The notes beneath the pieces were generated by a model. That model was not told where the DNA came from, did not search any database, and saw nothing but the letters and a program-made list of their open reading frames with translations. Shown here one piece after another: positions 28,814-39,577 of a stretch of 64,000 nucleotides of DNA (its first letter is position 1; the number at the start of each line of letters is the position of its first letter). The stretch comes from an uncultured Verrucomicrobiae bacterium (GTDB lineage Bacteria; Verrucomicrobiota; Verrucomicrobiia; Chthoniobacterales; JAFAMB01). The position numbers and the translations under genes are program-made. The stretch covers positions 32,001 to 96,000 of the forward strand of contig CAWEXO010000004.1 of the NCBI GenBank assembly GCA_963813025.1, written 5' to 3'.

Positions 28814-31800
28814 TCAGAAACTGAAGCTCAAGGTGCCGGTCACGCCATTGGAATAAAAATGGTCGCGCCCGAGTTGGCCCTGGTAGCCAATGTAGGTCGA
28901 AATCCTCTGCGTCCACTGCACCCCAACGCCGCTGTTGAGAATCGCGCTATCATGCCCTACGCGCGGGCCAAAGAGGGTTGTGGTTGCTCCACCAAAGTTC
29001 GGCGCCGTAACCGTGATCGGCAGCGCGGTATACTTATACTCGTGTTCCCACGCGGCGCTGATTGTCGGATAGAAGGTAAAATGCCCCAGCTTGACCGTGT
29101 GGGTAAGTTGCAGCCCTAAGTCGCTGCGTAGGGATTCTTCCGAATCTTCGTGAATCTGGAGCGGTATCAGGGAGCCTCGCTCCGTATACCCCCGGATGTT
29201 GACATTGGTGTATTGCACCGAGGCCAGCGGGCCGAAGGTAATAGCCCCCCAATGGAAGTTATATCCGGTGGACGCAAATAAACTGTATTGCTCCCCGTCC
29301 GAAGATCCGCTCGCATCACCCAGAATCGCCTGTCTGCGCGTGTCGTAGGAGTTATAGCCCCCAGTCGCCCCGAACCCGAAATAGAAATTTCGGTCAAAAT
29401 AGATTCCATACAAGCCGCCAAAGCCGCTGTCGACATCGGCGTGCCCGGTTGGATTCAGGTGGGTCCAAGTATGCGCATAGCCGCCTACCACCCCAAGAGC
29501 GAAATGCTCGGTGATTCGGTAGTCGAGTCCGACGGTCACGCTGCCCGTGGTAAAATTATAGCCGCGGGCAAAAACCGCTGCGTCGTCCTCGACCGTAGCG
29601 AAGGTTCCACCGCCGTTGACCCAGACACCCCAGCGATTCTCCGGGGTTGGCTGCAGTATAGGTTGGACCGCTTCTTTTCCCCCCTTGCCTTCGCTGATCA
29701 CATTCTTCCCGCTGGGCGCGATCGGAGCCTGATTGTAAGTGACGTTTGAGGTGAATCCAGTAGCACCCTGCTGGATCGCGGCGAAGCGATCGAACAGATT
29801 AAACCTCTGCACGTTCGCCCCTGTAAAACTGATCTCGTAGAGAGAAGTTAATTGCGTCACGGTCGGATCGAGGATCGCAATCAGCCCGGAAAATGGTTTT
29901 TCCGGATCAATGGGCGGAAGAGGCTCAGGAGTTATGATATCGATCGGTGGTTTCGGAGGTGGAGTCGGGCTTGGCTGCGGAGTTGGGCTCGGCTGTGGAG
30001 TCGGGCTCGGCTGTGGAGTCGGGCTCGGCTGTGGAGTCGGGCTCGGACTGGGCTGGACGGTCGGTCCGACGTAAGCCAGAACCACGGCGTTCGGCGCATA
30101 GATATTCACCCGGGTGAGTTCCGGGTTATTATTAAGCGTATCATTCACCCGGGCGAATGTGCCGCTGCGATCGTTGCGATCACTGTGGATGATCTCGAAG
30201 GCGTTGCCACTGACCGGCCGGAAGCCGCCCAGTGAACCCACATTCAAGTTCCCGTTGACAGCAACGCTGCCGTGCACATTGAGGTGATCGAACTGTTCTC
30301 CGTTGAGCCCGCCGATGAGCAACGAGAGTATTGCATGAGGGCCTTGCGTGTAGTTGCCCCCGATGTTGACGGCGAGCGGAATGCCGGTCTCAAGGCTGGT
30401 GGTACGAAGGACGGCGCTGTTGTTGAGAAAGACATTGCTTGTTCCAAACGCGAACGAGGTCTGGTCCGACTCAGCCGATTCGGAACCGCTGCCCGGCGGC
30501 ACATTTGTTCCGGCGATAAAGGTCCCTTCGTTGATAAAGGTACTGCCGCTGTAACTATTATGCGCCAGGACAGTGAGCGCGCCGGCCCCGAGTTTGGTGA
30601 CGTTCCCGGTTCCGCTGATATTGCCGGCAAAAGTGCCGTCATTCGCCTGATTAAAAACCAGCGATGCGTTGTCGATGATGTTACCCCGAAGGCTGGTAGT
30701 ATTACCGGCAAGGGCCCCTTGCTCGATGAGCGTGCCACCGCTGTAGGTGTTCGCTCCTGACAGATTCAAAACGCCATTGCCGGTTTTTGTGAGCGAACCA
30801 GGGCCGGTAATTGCGCCCATAGCCGTTGAGTCGAACCCGTTCGTATCGATCGTGCCGCCCAGCGGGTTCAGCAGAATCGGGCGATTCGTGGTGATAGAAC
30901 CAAGCGTCTGTAGGGTGCCTCCGTTAAAAGCTAATCGGGCGCCGCTCGCACCCAGGTTCTGATCCGAATCGATGGCAAGGGTTCCGCCGTCGATGTTTGT
31001 CCCCCCACTGTAGGTGTTGTCGCCGGTGAGGGTTGTGGTGCCGGAACCGACTTGAGTCAGGCTGCCGGCGCCCGAGATTACTCCGGGCAGGGTAATTTCG
31101 TTGCTGCGGTCGACCACTAGGGCTGTGTTGTCTATGACATTGCCGACAATGCCGCCGGTCGTGCCGCCGTTGCCCAACCGGAGTATGCCGGCCGAGATGG
31201 TTGTGTTACCGGTATAGGTATTATCGCCCGTGAGAGTCGTCGTTCCGGGACCGACTTGAGCCAGGGTGCCGGTGCCCGAGATTACTCCGGCCAGGGTGAC
31301 CGCGTCGCTGCGATTGACCACTAAGGCGGCATCATCGGTAATGTCCCCGACAATGCTGCCGGTGGTGCCCCCATTTCCCAACTGGAGCGTACCATGCGAG
31401 ATGGTTGTGCCACCGGTGTAGGTGTTATCGGCAGTAAAGATTGTGGTGCCGGACCCAATCTGAGTTACGGCGCCATTACCTGAAATCACGCCGGGGAAGA
31501 TCACCTCATCGCTGCGATCAAAACTCAAGGTCCCATCGTCGGTGACGTTGCCGACAATGCTGCCGGTCGTGCCGCCGGCGCCCAATTGAAGCGTGCCGGC
31601 CGAGATGGTTGTGCCACCACTGTAGGTGTTGGCATTAGTAAAGATTGTGGTGCCAGTCCCAGTCTGGGTTACCGCCCCAGTACCTGAAATCACGCCTGGG
31701 AAGGTCACCAGATCGCTGTGGTCAAAACTCAAGGTCCCAGTGTCGGTGACATTGCCGACAATGCTGCCGGTCGTCCCCCCATTGCCCAATTGGAGCGTGC

Positions 31801-34762
31801 CGGCTAAGATGGTCGTGCCGCCGGTGTAGGTGTTATTGCCCGTGAGGGTCGTTGTGCCGGTCCCGGCTTGAGTCAGGCTGCCGGTGCCCGAGATTACTCC
31901 AGGCAGAGTGACTGCATTGCTGCGATCGACCACTAAGGCGGCGTTATCGGTGACATTGCCGATAATGCTCCCGGAAGTACCGCCGTTGCCTAATTGAAGC
32001 GTGCCGGCCGAGATAGTTGTGCCACCGGCGTAGGTGCTATCGCCGGTGAGGGTTGTCGTGCCGGATCCGATCTGAGCCAGGGTGCCGGTGCCCGAGATTA
32101 CTCCGGGCAGGGTGATGGCGTTGTTGCGATCGACCACCAAAGCGGCGTTGTCGATAATGGGACCGACAATGCTGCCGGTCGCGCCGGCGTTGCCCAACTG
32201 AAGCGTGCCGGCCGAGATGGTCGTGCCACCGCCGTAGGTGTTGTCATCTGTCAAAATTGTGGTGCCGGTCCCAGTCTTGGTTGCGGAACCAATCCCTGAA
32301 ATCAAGCCGGGGAACGTCACCACATCGCTGCGATTAAAACTCAGGTTTCCATTGTCAATTACGTTGCCGACAATGCTGCCGGTCGTGCCGCCGGCGCCCA
32401 ATTGAAGCGTGCCGGCCGAGATGGTCGTGCCACCGCCATAGGTGTTGGCGTTAGTAAAGATTGTGGTGCCGGTTCCAGTCTGGGTTACCGCGCCAGTACC
32501 TGAAATCACGCCTGGGAAGGTCACCGAATCGCTGCGATTAAAGCTCAAGTTCTCGTTGTCTATGACATTGCCAACAATGCTGCCGGTTGCGCCCCCGTTG
32601 CCCAATTGCAGCGTGCCGGCCGAGATGGTCGTGCCGCCGGCGTAGGTGTTAGCTCCCGTGAGGACTGTGGTGCCGGTCCCGACTTGGGTGAGGCTGCCGG
32701 TGCCCGAGATTACTCCAGGCAGGGTGACCGCGTTGCTGTGGTTGACCACCAAAGCGGCGTTGTCGGTAATGTTGCCCACAATGCTGCCGGTCGTGCCCCC
32801 GTTGCCCAATTGCAGCGTGCCGGCCGAGATGGTTGTGCTACCGGTGTAGGTGTTATCGCCCGTAAGGGTTGTGATGCCGGTCCCGATTTGAGCCAGGGTG
32901 CCGGTGCCCGAGATTACTCCGGGCAGGGTGATGGCGTTGCTGCGATTGACCACTAAAGCGGCGTTGTCGACAATGTTACTCACAATGCTGCCGGTCGTGC
33001 CCCCGTTGCCCAGCTCAAGCGTGCCGGCCGAGATGGTTGTGCCACCGGTGTAGGTGTTATCGTTAGTAAAGATTGTCGTGCCGGTACCAGCCTGGGTTAC
33101 AGCGCCGGTACCTGAAATCAGGCCGGGGAAGGTCACCGGATTGCTGTGATTAAAACTCAAGGTTCCATTGTCGGTGACATTGCCTACAATGCTGCCGGTC
33201 GTGCCGCCGGCGCCCAACTGAAGCGTGCCAGCCAAGATGGTCGTGCCACCGGCATAGGTGTTGGTCCCGGTAAGCGTAAGAATTCCAGTCCCGGCTTTCG
33301 TCAACCCTCCGGCGCCGCCGATCGCTTGGCTGATCGTAGTTTGAAAGCCGTTTGTGTCGATTGTTCCGCCGCCCGCAAACGAACCGTTCGGGCCGTTGAG
33401 CGTGATGGGACGCGTGCTCGTCAGGTTGAAACTGCTGAGCAACTGTAGCGTCCCGCCATTGAAGGTGAGACCGCCGGCTGCCGCGCCAAGGGCGGTGTTC
33501 GCACTAACCGCGACAGTGCCTTCGTTGAGAAACGTGCCCCCGGAATAGGTGTTCACGCCAGTGAGCGTCAGGGTAGTTCCGAGGCCGTCCTTTATGACAA
33601 GACCTGAACCCGTGATGATACCTGCGTAGGTTCCGTTGTCCGGCGTCTGCGCGAAGAGGACGGTGCCATTGTCAGTGATGGCCGGAGGCAGACTTTGCGC
33701 CCGCGCTTCCAGGATCCCCCCCGAATCGACTAGAAGGCTGCCATTGAAGCTGGTATTGTTTCCGGTCAAAGCCAACGTGCCGGCTTGAACTGTCACGGCC
33801 AGAGGCGAGGTGCTACTGTTCGCACCGATTGAGCCGGTTAGTGTCCATGTCCCGGCACCAGTTTTCGTGAGAGTCGAAAAATTGGTGACATTCCCGGAAA
33901 GCGAGTCAGAAGACCCGCCCACAGCGTTAAGGGTCAGTGTGTTAGTTCCGCCGCCACCGTCAAACGATCCAGTGATCATCGAGTTCGGATCAAGCGTTAC
34001 GTTGTCATCACCTCCTTGAAAATCGAGGTTGCCCTCGACACTGGCACCGGTCTCATTAGTAAAATTGATACCTACGTTCCCAAAGCTGCCGATGGCCTCG
34101 CCGATCAACCCTGGATTCCCCGTTCCACTGGGCGCAAGAATCTCGCCAAAATTGTCCACCACGTTCCGTGGACTGCCTGCGGTTGTGTTAACGTTTTCAA
34201 AGAAAATCGCCGAGCTGGGGCCGCCTTCTATCAGCCCATGATTCGTGATCGTGTTCCCCGCCTCGATCGGGTTTACGGCTTCCGAAGAATGCCCGACTCC
34301 AGATGCGATGACCGATGCGCCCGCTGCGATTTGGAGGGTGTTGCCGGCATTGAATTCGATCGTGTTATCGCCTTTACCATACTGCCCCAAGCCGCCATCT
34401 TGAATGGTGGTCGTGGTTTCGATGATCGAGCCTGCATTGATGTTAATCGTGTTATTGTCGTGAAGAGAAATAGAGTTGTCGTTGGTAACCCTTATGCTGG
34501 CGCCGTTAGAAACGTTCAGCGTGGTGTTGTCGGTTAGTGGCGGGTGCGGGCCGGTGCCGACGCGAGCGGTCTGATTCGTGGTGATGTTAATTTGGCTCGA
34601 CGCTGTTCCGCACGACAGCGCCAGTAGAACCAGCCCGAGCCAAGACGCGCGGTCAAACAAGGTGAGTGCCAGGCGGAGCTTACACGGGCGCTCGTTTAAA
34701 CGCTCGGATTTGACAGCTTTGCCAGGGACGCAATCAATCTCTATAGCAGGGGAATTCGCCAT
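28814..34762 (-). CDS. Type Va autotransporter with PATR repeats, Pro-rich linker and beta-barrel (1982 aa)
   Basis: Signal-like N-terminus, repeated NTYxGGTTIxxGTLQLG, (PSPTPQ)n linker, barrel ending TLSFSF. Confidence 0.93.
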   Translation of the reverse strand: MANSPAIEIDCVPGKAVKSERLNERPCKLRLALTLFDRASWLGLVLLALSCGTASSQINITTNQTARVGTGPHPPLTDNTTLNVSNGASIRVTNDNSISLHDNNTININAGSIIETTTTIQDGGLGQYGKGDNTIEFNAGNTLQIAAGASVIASGVGHSSEAVNPIEAGNTITNHGLIEGGPSSAIFFENVNTTAGSPRNVVDNFGEILAPSGTGNPGLIGEAIGSFGNVGINFTNETGASVEGNLDFQGGDDNVTLDPNSMITGSFDGGGGTNTLTLNAVGGSSDSLSGNVTNFSTLTKTGAGTWTLTGSIGANSSTSPLAVTVQAGTLALTGNNTSFNGSLLVDSGGILEARAQSLPPAITDNGTVLFAQTPDNGTYAGIITGSGLVIKDGLGTTLTLTGVNTYSGGTFLNEGTVAVSANTALGAAAGGLTFNGGTLQLLSSFNLTSTRPITLNGPNGSFAGGGTIDTNGFQTTISQAIGGAGGLTKAGTGILTLTGTNTYAGGTTILAGTLQLGAGGTTGSIVGNVTDNGTLSFNHSNPVTFPGLISGTGAVTQAGTGTTIFTNDNTYTGGTTISAGTLELGNGGTTGSIVSNIVDNAALVVNRSNAITLPGVISGTGTLAQIGTGITTLTGDNTYTGSTTISAGTLQLGNGGTTGSIVGNITDNAALVVNHSNAVTLPGVISGTGSLTQVGTGTTVLTGANTYAGGTTISAGTLQLGNGGATGSIVGNVIDNENLSFNRSDSVTFPGVISGTGAVTQTGTGTTIFTNANTYGGGTTISAGTLQLGAGGTTGSIVGNVIDNGNLSFNRSDVVTFPGLISGIGSATKTGTGTTILTDDNTYGGGTTISAGTLQLGNAGATGSIVGPIIDNAALVVDRNNAITLPGVISGTGTLAQIGSGTTTLTGDSTYAGGTTISAGTLQLGNGGTSGSIIGNVTDNAALVVDRSNAVTLPGVISGTGSLTQAGTGTTTLTGNNTYTGGTTILAGTLQLGNGGTTGSIVGNVTDTGTLSFDHSDLVTFPGVISGTGAVTQTGTGTTIFTNANTYSGGTTISAGTLQLGAGGTTGSIVGNVTDDGTLSFDRSDEVIFPGVISGNGAVTQIGSGTTIFTADNTYTGGTTISHGTLQLGNGGTTGSIVGDITDDAALVVNRSDAVTLAGVISGTGTLAQVGPGTTTLTGDNTYTGNTTISAGILRLGNGGTTGGIVGNVIDNTALVVDRSNEITLPGVISGAGSLTQVGSGTTTLTGDNTYSGGTNIDGGTLAIDSDQNLGASGARLAFNGGTLQTLGSITTNRPILLNPLGGTIDTNGFDSTAMGAITGPGSLTKTGNGVLNLSGANTYSGGTLIEQGALAGNTTSLRGNIIDNASLVFNQANDGTFAGNISGTGNVTKLGAGALTVLAHNSYSGSTFINEGTFIAGTNVPPGSGSESAESDQTSFAFGTSNVFLNNSAVLRTTSLETGIPLAVNIGGNYTQGPHAILSLLIGGLNGEQFDHLNVHGSVAVNGNLNVGSLGGFRPVSGNAFEIIHSDRNDRSGTFARVNDTLNNNPELTRVNIYAPNAVVLAYVGPTVQPSPSPTPQPSPTPQPSPTPQPSPTPQPSPTPPPKPPIDIITPEPLPPIDPEKPFSGLIAILDPTVTQLTSLYEISFTGANVQRFNLFDRFAAIQQGATGFTSNVTYNQAPIAPSGKNVISEGKGGKEAVQPILQPTPENRWGVWVNGGGTFATVEDDAAVFARGYNFTTGSVTVGLDYRITEHFALGVVGGYAHTWTHLNPTGHADVDSGFGGLYGIYFDRNFYFGFGATGGYNSYDTRRQAILGDASGSSDGEQYSLFASTGYNFHWGAITFGPLASVQYTNVNIRGYTERGSLIPLQIHEDSEESLRSDLGLQLTHTVKLGHFTFYPTISAAWEHEYKYTALPITVTAPNFGGATTTLFGPRVGHDSAILNSGVGVQWTQRISTYIGYQGQLGRDHFYSNGVTGTLSFSF
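29955..30060. repeat. 18-bp tandem repeat encoding (PSPTPQ)n
   Basis: GGCTGTGGAGTCGGGCTC, three exact copies plus degenerate ones. Confidence 0.85.
31010..33300. repeat. Eleven 204-bp (68-aa) intragenic repeats
   Basis: Eleven TGSIV-type units; near-identical antisense ORFs offset by 204 and 816 bp. Confidence 0.88.
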
Positions 34763-35173
34763 ACAGAGCGGGAGTTCGAATAGTGTCTTGGTGACGGTCT
34801 GTGTGCAAGTCCGTTTTCTTATGGAGTCAGAAACCTAAATAAAAGCGCCGTTTTTTGGAGCCTGATTTGGGACGTTCGGCACCTTCGGCACCTTCTTGGA
34901 ATGACCCGACACGCAAATATCTGAACGCCCACATCGAAGAGGTCACCTTGGTGACGGCGGGGTCCCGCTCCCGGTTGTGTAACTGCCGACTATTTTGACT
35001 TTGATCGAAATTGAGTAGCAAGCCGTCACCACCATTTCTCATTGCTAGCGCGGCCATTTGCCAATCGCGGGCAGCGCCTTGGGCCACCCGGCCTCGACGG
35101 GGCGCCAGCTCGAGTGTGAAGGGGAAGAATGACCCAAAGCGGACTGACGAGGCGCGGCGGAGCGTCATTTTCT

Positions 35174-35980
35174 TCAAGAACGAAGCTTATCGAGGAAAGC
35201 AAGCATTACGCTGTTGAATTGCTCCGGCCTTTGCAGCGGCGCGAAATGACTCACGCCGGGCAGAAGGATGAATTCCGCCCCGGGAATATTCCGAGCGAGA
35301 TACTCGGCATGTTCCGGTTTGATAAACTCGTCATGCTCGCTTTGGACGATCGCGACAGGCACATGGATCCCAGCCAGATCGCGCGCCGAATAGCTGGGTT
35401 GCGTCCGCATCATCTGGCCGACTGCTTCGGCAAATGCCTCGAATTGGTCCGGCGTCGCCGACAGCTGAGCATAGTCCTTGCTGTGCCGGCTCAAACACCG
35501 GTCGAGGAGCGGACTCGGCTGGATTTCCTTGGTGCCGCTGGGATCCATGTTGCAGCCAAAGAAAAACACACCGGCAATGCGCTCCGGGGCTTGCCTGGCG
35601 AGGATCAAACCGATGCACGCTCCGTCGCTCCAGCCGACAACGGCCGCTTTTTCCAGGAGCAATTTGTCCATCACGGCAAGAACATCGGATGCCATCAACT
35701 CATACATAAAGGGCCGCGCATCGCGCGTACTATGGCCATGGCCGCGACTGTCAATCAGGACGGCGCCATAACCAGAGTCGATCAGCGTTGGAACTTGATA
35801 TCCCCAATTACCACTATGGCCGAGGCCGCCGTGCAGCAGGATCACGGGAGAGCCGGACCCGTATTTCGCGTACCAGATTCGCGCGCCATCGTGGTCCACG
35901 TATCCTTGATTGCTTGTTACCGGCAGCGGCGGGGCACCATGCGCTTCGAAATTCTTAAGATCGTCGTCGTGTGCTTCCAT
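35174..35980 (-). CDS. Alpha/beta hydrolase
   Basis: LLHGG, DSRGHG, nucleophile elbow GWSDG and HFAP; ATG at 35980. Confidence 0.9.
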   Translation of the reverse strand: MEAHDDDLKNFEAHGAPPLPVTSNQGYVDHDGARIWYAKYGSGSPVILLHGGLGHSGNWGYQVPTLIDSGYGAVLIDSRGHGHSTRDARPFMYELMASDVLAVMDKLLLEKAAVVGWSDGACIGLILARQAPERIAGVFFFGCNMDPSGTKEIQPSPLLDRCLSRHSKDYAQLSATPDQFEAFAEAVGQMMRTQPSYSARDLAGIHVPVAIVQSEHDEFIKPEHAEYLARNIPGAEFILLPGVSHFAPLQRPEQFNSVMLAFLDKLRS

Positions 35981-36324
35981 AATAATCTGGCTCAAAATAC
36001 ACCTGGACGCTTTATAAGGGGCCAGCGAATATTCGTGCCGTGGGGTGCGCGGCGCCCAGCTCAATCCATGCGCTCGCTGATGGTAGTATTGCTCATCTCT
36101 CCACACATACGACCGAGCTTCGCACCGCCTTGCTTAAGCTTCGAGTAATGCCATCGCTTGCACCTTCAAACCGAAGTTAAGCGTTTGCCAAAAAGCGCCT
36201 GCTCACTGCTTGGCAAAAATTAACCTTACCTCGGCTGTCAAAACACGGTCTCTTATCGAATTGGCTGCGTCAGAGGTTATAAAACACTGGTCTTCCACCG
36301 GAGTTCTGCAGGATCTCATGCCGC

Positions 36325-36573
36325 TTACTCTTGCACGGCCAACGGGTCGTTCGTTCTGTGATCTTTAATTTGAAAGCGGAGGAATCTGTGAATGGCTCTG
36401 AGAGCTTCAGGGTTCTTCGTCGTTATTCGCACCTGGGCGCCACGTGGTGTATCTTCAGCATGGTAAGTGATCTCGGTTTTCAACCGTTTCATCGTTTCGA
36501 TACCGGGCGGCGTGGTGGCATGGATGAACATCGGTAAAGAGAAATCACCCTGAGAAAACAGGCCAGCGATCAT
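36325..36573 (-). pseudogene. C-terminal fragment of a conserved hypothetical protein
   Basis: FSQGDFSLPMFIH...VRITT...AIHRFLRFQIKDH; 5' part replaced by IS256-derived sequence. Confidence 0.5.
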
Positions 36574-36574
36574 T

Positions 36575-36710
36575 GCCGTTCCTTGGTTCGATGTGTTCGC
36601 AGCCGGACGGTGGCGAAGGTTGATTCGATCGGATTCGTGGTCCGCAGATGTGGCCAATGTTGGGCCGGAAAGTCGTAAAAGGTGAATAGCCATTCTTTGT
36701 CTTTTTCCGG
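36575..36710 (-). pseudogene. IS256 transposase fragment (different subfamily from the 13.5-15 kb element)
   Basis: KDKEWLFTFYDFPAQHWPHLRTTNPIESTFATVRLRT. Confidence 0.85.
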
Positions 36711-36787
36711 GCAGCCCGTTGCGGTGGATACTTGGCTTGCGAAACGTCCTCGGCTTCCGGCGGAGCGGAATTTAGGGGAGTGACAGT

Positions 36788-36970
36788 TTACGGGAGCCAA
36801 CGCTTCGTGAGTCTCGCAACGAGAATCTGCGGGTCCTGCGTGAGCAGGGGCAAGCCAAGGGATCTCGCGGTCGCGACGATGATCCGGTCAGCCGGATCGC
36901 GATGAAATTCGGGCGGCAGGCGAGCGTGTTCCATCACGACCGTGCCGCTAATCGGCAGGATCCGCACGCG
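36788..36970 (-). pseudogene. PIN/VapC toxin C-terminal fragment
   Basis: Manual translation RVRILPISGTVVMEHARLPPEFHRDPADRIIVATARSLGLPLLTQD...*. Confidence 0.8.
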
Positions 36971-37584
36971 CTACAATCCGAAAGGTGCCGCTCCAGATAA
37001 GGGACAATCCGGGATGCGACTTCCGCCAGATCGATCTCACCATCCAACTCACGGCTCATCGAAGTCATTGCCACTCCGGACAACCCGCAGGGGGTGATCG
37101 AATCGAAACCGATCAGATTGCTCGAAACGTTGAGTGCGAATCCGTGCATCGTGATCCATTTTCGCACCCCTACGCCGATCGACGCGATTTTCCGGTCGCC
37201 AACCCAAACTCCCGTTTTGCCAGCTATCCGCGATGCGGCAATTCCGAAATCGTACAGTAGCTCGATCAGGACAGCTTCCAGCGAGCGCAGGTAGCAGTGC
37301 AGGTCGCGTCGCCGCCTCCGCAAATCCAGGATCGGGTATCCGACCAGTTGACCTGGCCCGTGAAAGGTAGCCTTCCCCCCTCGGTTGATCTCGAATAGTG
37401 GATAGGCGAGTTGGGCTATATTTCCGAGGCTGGTTCGATCAGAGGTTCGTCCGATCGTGTAAACCGGATCATGCTCCAACAAAAGAATCGTCTCTTCACC
37501 CAGCGCGACACAATGCTCCAGGCTCTCTTCCTGAAGCCGCAGGCCTTCGGCAAAAGGAATTCGGTCCAACCATCGGATGATCAT
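36934..37584 (-). CDS. lipB: Lipoyl(octanoyl) transferase
   Basis: EHDPVYTIG, RGGKATFHGPGQ, KIASIG, HGFALN and PCG motifs. Confidence 0.95.
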   Translation of the reverse strand: MIIRWLDRIPFAEGLRLQEESLEHCVALGEETILLLEHDPVYTIGRTSDRTSLGNIAQLAYPLFEINRGGKATFHGPGQLVGYPILDLRRRRRDLHCYLRSLEAVLIELLYDFGIAASRIAGKTGVWVGDRKIASIGVGVRKWITMHGFALNVSSNLIGFDSITPCGLSGVAMTSMSRELDGEIDLAEVASRIVPYLERHLSDCSACGSCRLAARS

Positions 37585-38084
37585 AACGCACGGAACAGCT
37601 GCACTGTTGGTACCGAGGAATCTTGCATCTGGAAATGAGTGAGTCCAATTGCCAGGGCGTCAGCAGCATCCGGAGAGGGAGTCTCGTCCAAACCGAGAAT
37701 GACTCGGACCATGAAACCGACCTGCGCTTTTTGCGCGCTGCCGCGCCCAACAATGGCCTGTTTGACCCGTTTTGGTGGATATTCAAAGATGGCAAGTCCG
37801 TGCTGGGCGGCGGCCAGTATAGCGGAGCCGCGGGCCGCCCCCAGGACAATCGCGGTCCGTGTATTCTGTGCGTAAATAATGCTTTCCACCGCGCAAACCT
37901 GCGGCTGATGCTGCCGGATCAGGTCAGTGATCTGCTGATGAATCTCGACGAGACATCCCGTCATCGAGAGCTTCGGATTGTTCCGGATCACCCCGTAACA
38001 CCGCGTGACAATCTTCGAACCATTCTTCTCCAGCAGAGCGTACCCCGAAGTCCTGAGCGCAGGATCAAGGGCGAGAAGAAGCAT
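37581..38084 (-). CDS. ruvC: Holliday junction resolvase
   Basis: LALDPA, AVE, VKQAIVGRGSAQK and DAADALAI motifs. Confidence 0.95.
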   Translation of the reverse strand: MLLLALDPALRTSGYALLEKNGSKIVTRCYGVIRNNPKLSMTGCLVEIHQQITDLIRQHQPQVCAVESIIYAQNTRTAIVLGAARGSAILAAAQHGLAIFEYPPKRVKQAIVGRGSAQKAQVGFMVRVILGLDETPSPDAADALAIGLTHFQMQDSSVPTVQLFRAL

Positions 38085-38109
38085 GGATGATTGTAGGGGA
38101 GGCGGGGAG

Positions 38110-38365
38110 AGAAGTTCAAGGAGTTCAAAGGAGTTCAAAGGAGTTCAAGGAGTTCAAGGAGTTCAGGAGTCAGAACTCAGCACTCGGCAATGGCGGTGCG
38201 GCAGAAAGTGTTTCGACGTATCTTGAGTGTTGTCGAGGAGCAGTCGCTGACCGCTAGGAATACTCGAGCCCAGCTCTCCGACGACGTTTTCGAACTCCTG
38301 CAACTCCTTGAACTCCTTGGACTCCTTGGACTCCTGTCTTCCGGACTCCTGCCCTCTTGAACTCA
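38110..38365. repeat. Inverted pair of (GGAGTTCAA)n tandem arrays
   Basis: 38110-38170 forward and 38290-38365 reverse complement. Confidence 0.85.
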
Positions 38366-38411
38366 GAGTAAATCTCCCGATCTTATTATTTCGCACTGAA
38401 TCGGCCGGCCT

Positions 38412-39443
38412 ATGCAGACAATGAAAGCACTCCTGAAGAAAGAACGCGCTCCCGGACTTTGGCTGGAAGAGGTGCCGGTGCCGGACGTGGGCGAGTTCGA
38501 TGTGCTCATCCGCATTTTGCGCGCTTCGATCTGCGGGACCGACGTCCATATTTACGAATGGGATGCGTGGGCTCAGAAGACCATTCCGACCCCAATGGTC
38601 ATCGGGCATGAATTTGCCGGCGTGATTGAGGCCGTCGGAAATCACGTCCACGATTTCGCACCGGGCATGCTGGTAACCGGGGAGGGTCATCTGGTCTGCG
38701 GCCGGTGCCGCAATTGTCTGGCCGGGCGGCGGCATCTTTGCAATCGCACCAGCGGAGTCGGCGTGAATCGGCCAGGCGCGTTTGCCGAGTTTCTCGCCAT
38801 CCCGGAAACAAACGTTTGGCTGGCCGATCCGAAGATCCCGCTCGACGTTCTTTCCTGCTTCGATCCGCTGGGCAACGCGGTTCACACGGCCCTCTCTTTC
38901 GATGTTCTTGGTGAAGACGTGCTCATCACCGGCGCGGGTCCGATTGGCATTATGTCCACGGCGATCGCTCGCCATGCAGGGGCGCGGTACGTTGTCGTTA
39001 CCGATGTCAATCCGTATCGCTTGGCATTAGCCCGAAAAATGGGCGCGACGCTTGCTGTGGATGTACGCTCCCGGAGTTTAGTGGTTGTGCAGCGTGAACT
39101 GGGGATGAAAGAAGGTTTTGATGTCGGGCTGGAGATGTCCGGCAACGCTCAGGCGCTCAACGACATGCTCGACGCGATGTGCCACGGGGGAAAAATTGCT
39201 TTGCTCGGAATCCAAGCGAAGACAGCGCCGATTAATTGGGATTTGGTCGTCTTCAACGGGCTCACCATCAAAGGGATTTACGGACGCGAGATGTACGAGA
39301 CGTGGTACAAAATGACATCGATGATACAGTCGGGCTTGGATATCGCCCCGGTGATCACCGATCATTTCGTGTTTGCCGAGTATGAGAAAGCTTTCGCGCT
39401 CATGCGTAGCGGTGAATCAGGCAAGGTAGTCTTGCGCTGGTAG
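38412..39443 (+). CDS. tdh: L-threonine 3-dehydrogenase
   Basis: [13 protein letters not shown]-x2-C-x2-C zinc site, [20 protein letters not shown]. Confidence 0.96.
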   Translation: MQTMKALLKKERAPGLWLEEVPVPDVGEFDVLIRILRASICGTDVHIYEWDAWAQKTIPTPMVIGHEFAGVIEAVGNHVHDFAPGMLVTGEGHLVCGRCRNCLAGRRHLCNRTSGVGVNRPGAFAEFLAIPETNVWLADPKIPLDVLSCFDPLGNAVHTALSFDVLGEDVLITGAGPIGIMSTAIARHAGARYVVVTDVNPYRLALARKMGATLAVDVRSRSLVVVQRELGMKEGFDVGLEMSGNAQALNDMLDAMCHGGKIALLGIQAKTAPINWDLVVFNGLTIKGIYGREMYETWYKMTSMIQSGLDIAPVITDHFVFAEYEKAFALMRSGESGKVVLRW

Positions 39444-39444
39444 A

Positions 39445-39572
39445 TAAATGCCACAAGTCAAAAAATGCCACAAATGCTATAATAAAGGATTGTTCCTTCG
39501 AACCCGTGGGCCGCAGGAAGCACGACTTAATCATTTGTGGCATTTGTGGCATTTTTTGATTTGTGGCATTTA
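39445..39572. repeat. 128-bp palindromic element (family C)
   Basis: 32-bp IR TAAATGCCACAA(G/A)TCAAAAAATGCCACAAATG with one mismatch; second copy at 54574-54693. Confidence 0.88.
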
Positions 39573-39577
39573 CAACC

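Noticed and set aside
31010..33300. Regular 204-bp repeats as a CRISPR or ncRNA array
   Set aside because: They are in-frame coding repeats of the autotransporter
35129..36148. 339-aa plus-strand ORF and similar long ORFs (38163-38975, 27692-28546, 57082-58080, 62349-63206)
   Set aside because: They are antisense shadows of well-supported genes in GC-rich DNA and have no motifs
38110..38365. Tandem arrays here and at 46210 as a CRISPR array
   Set aside because: Units are 9-10 bp with no unique spacers, and no cas genes are in the window
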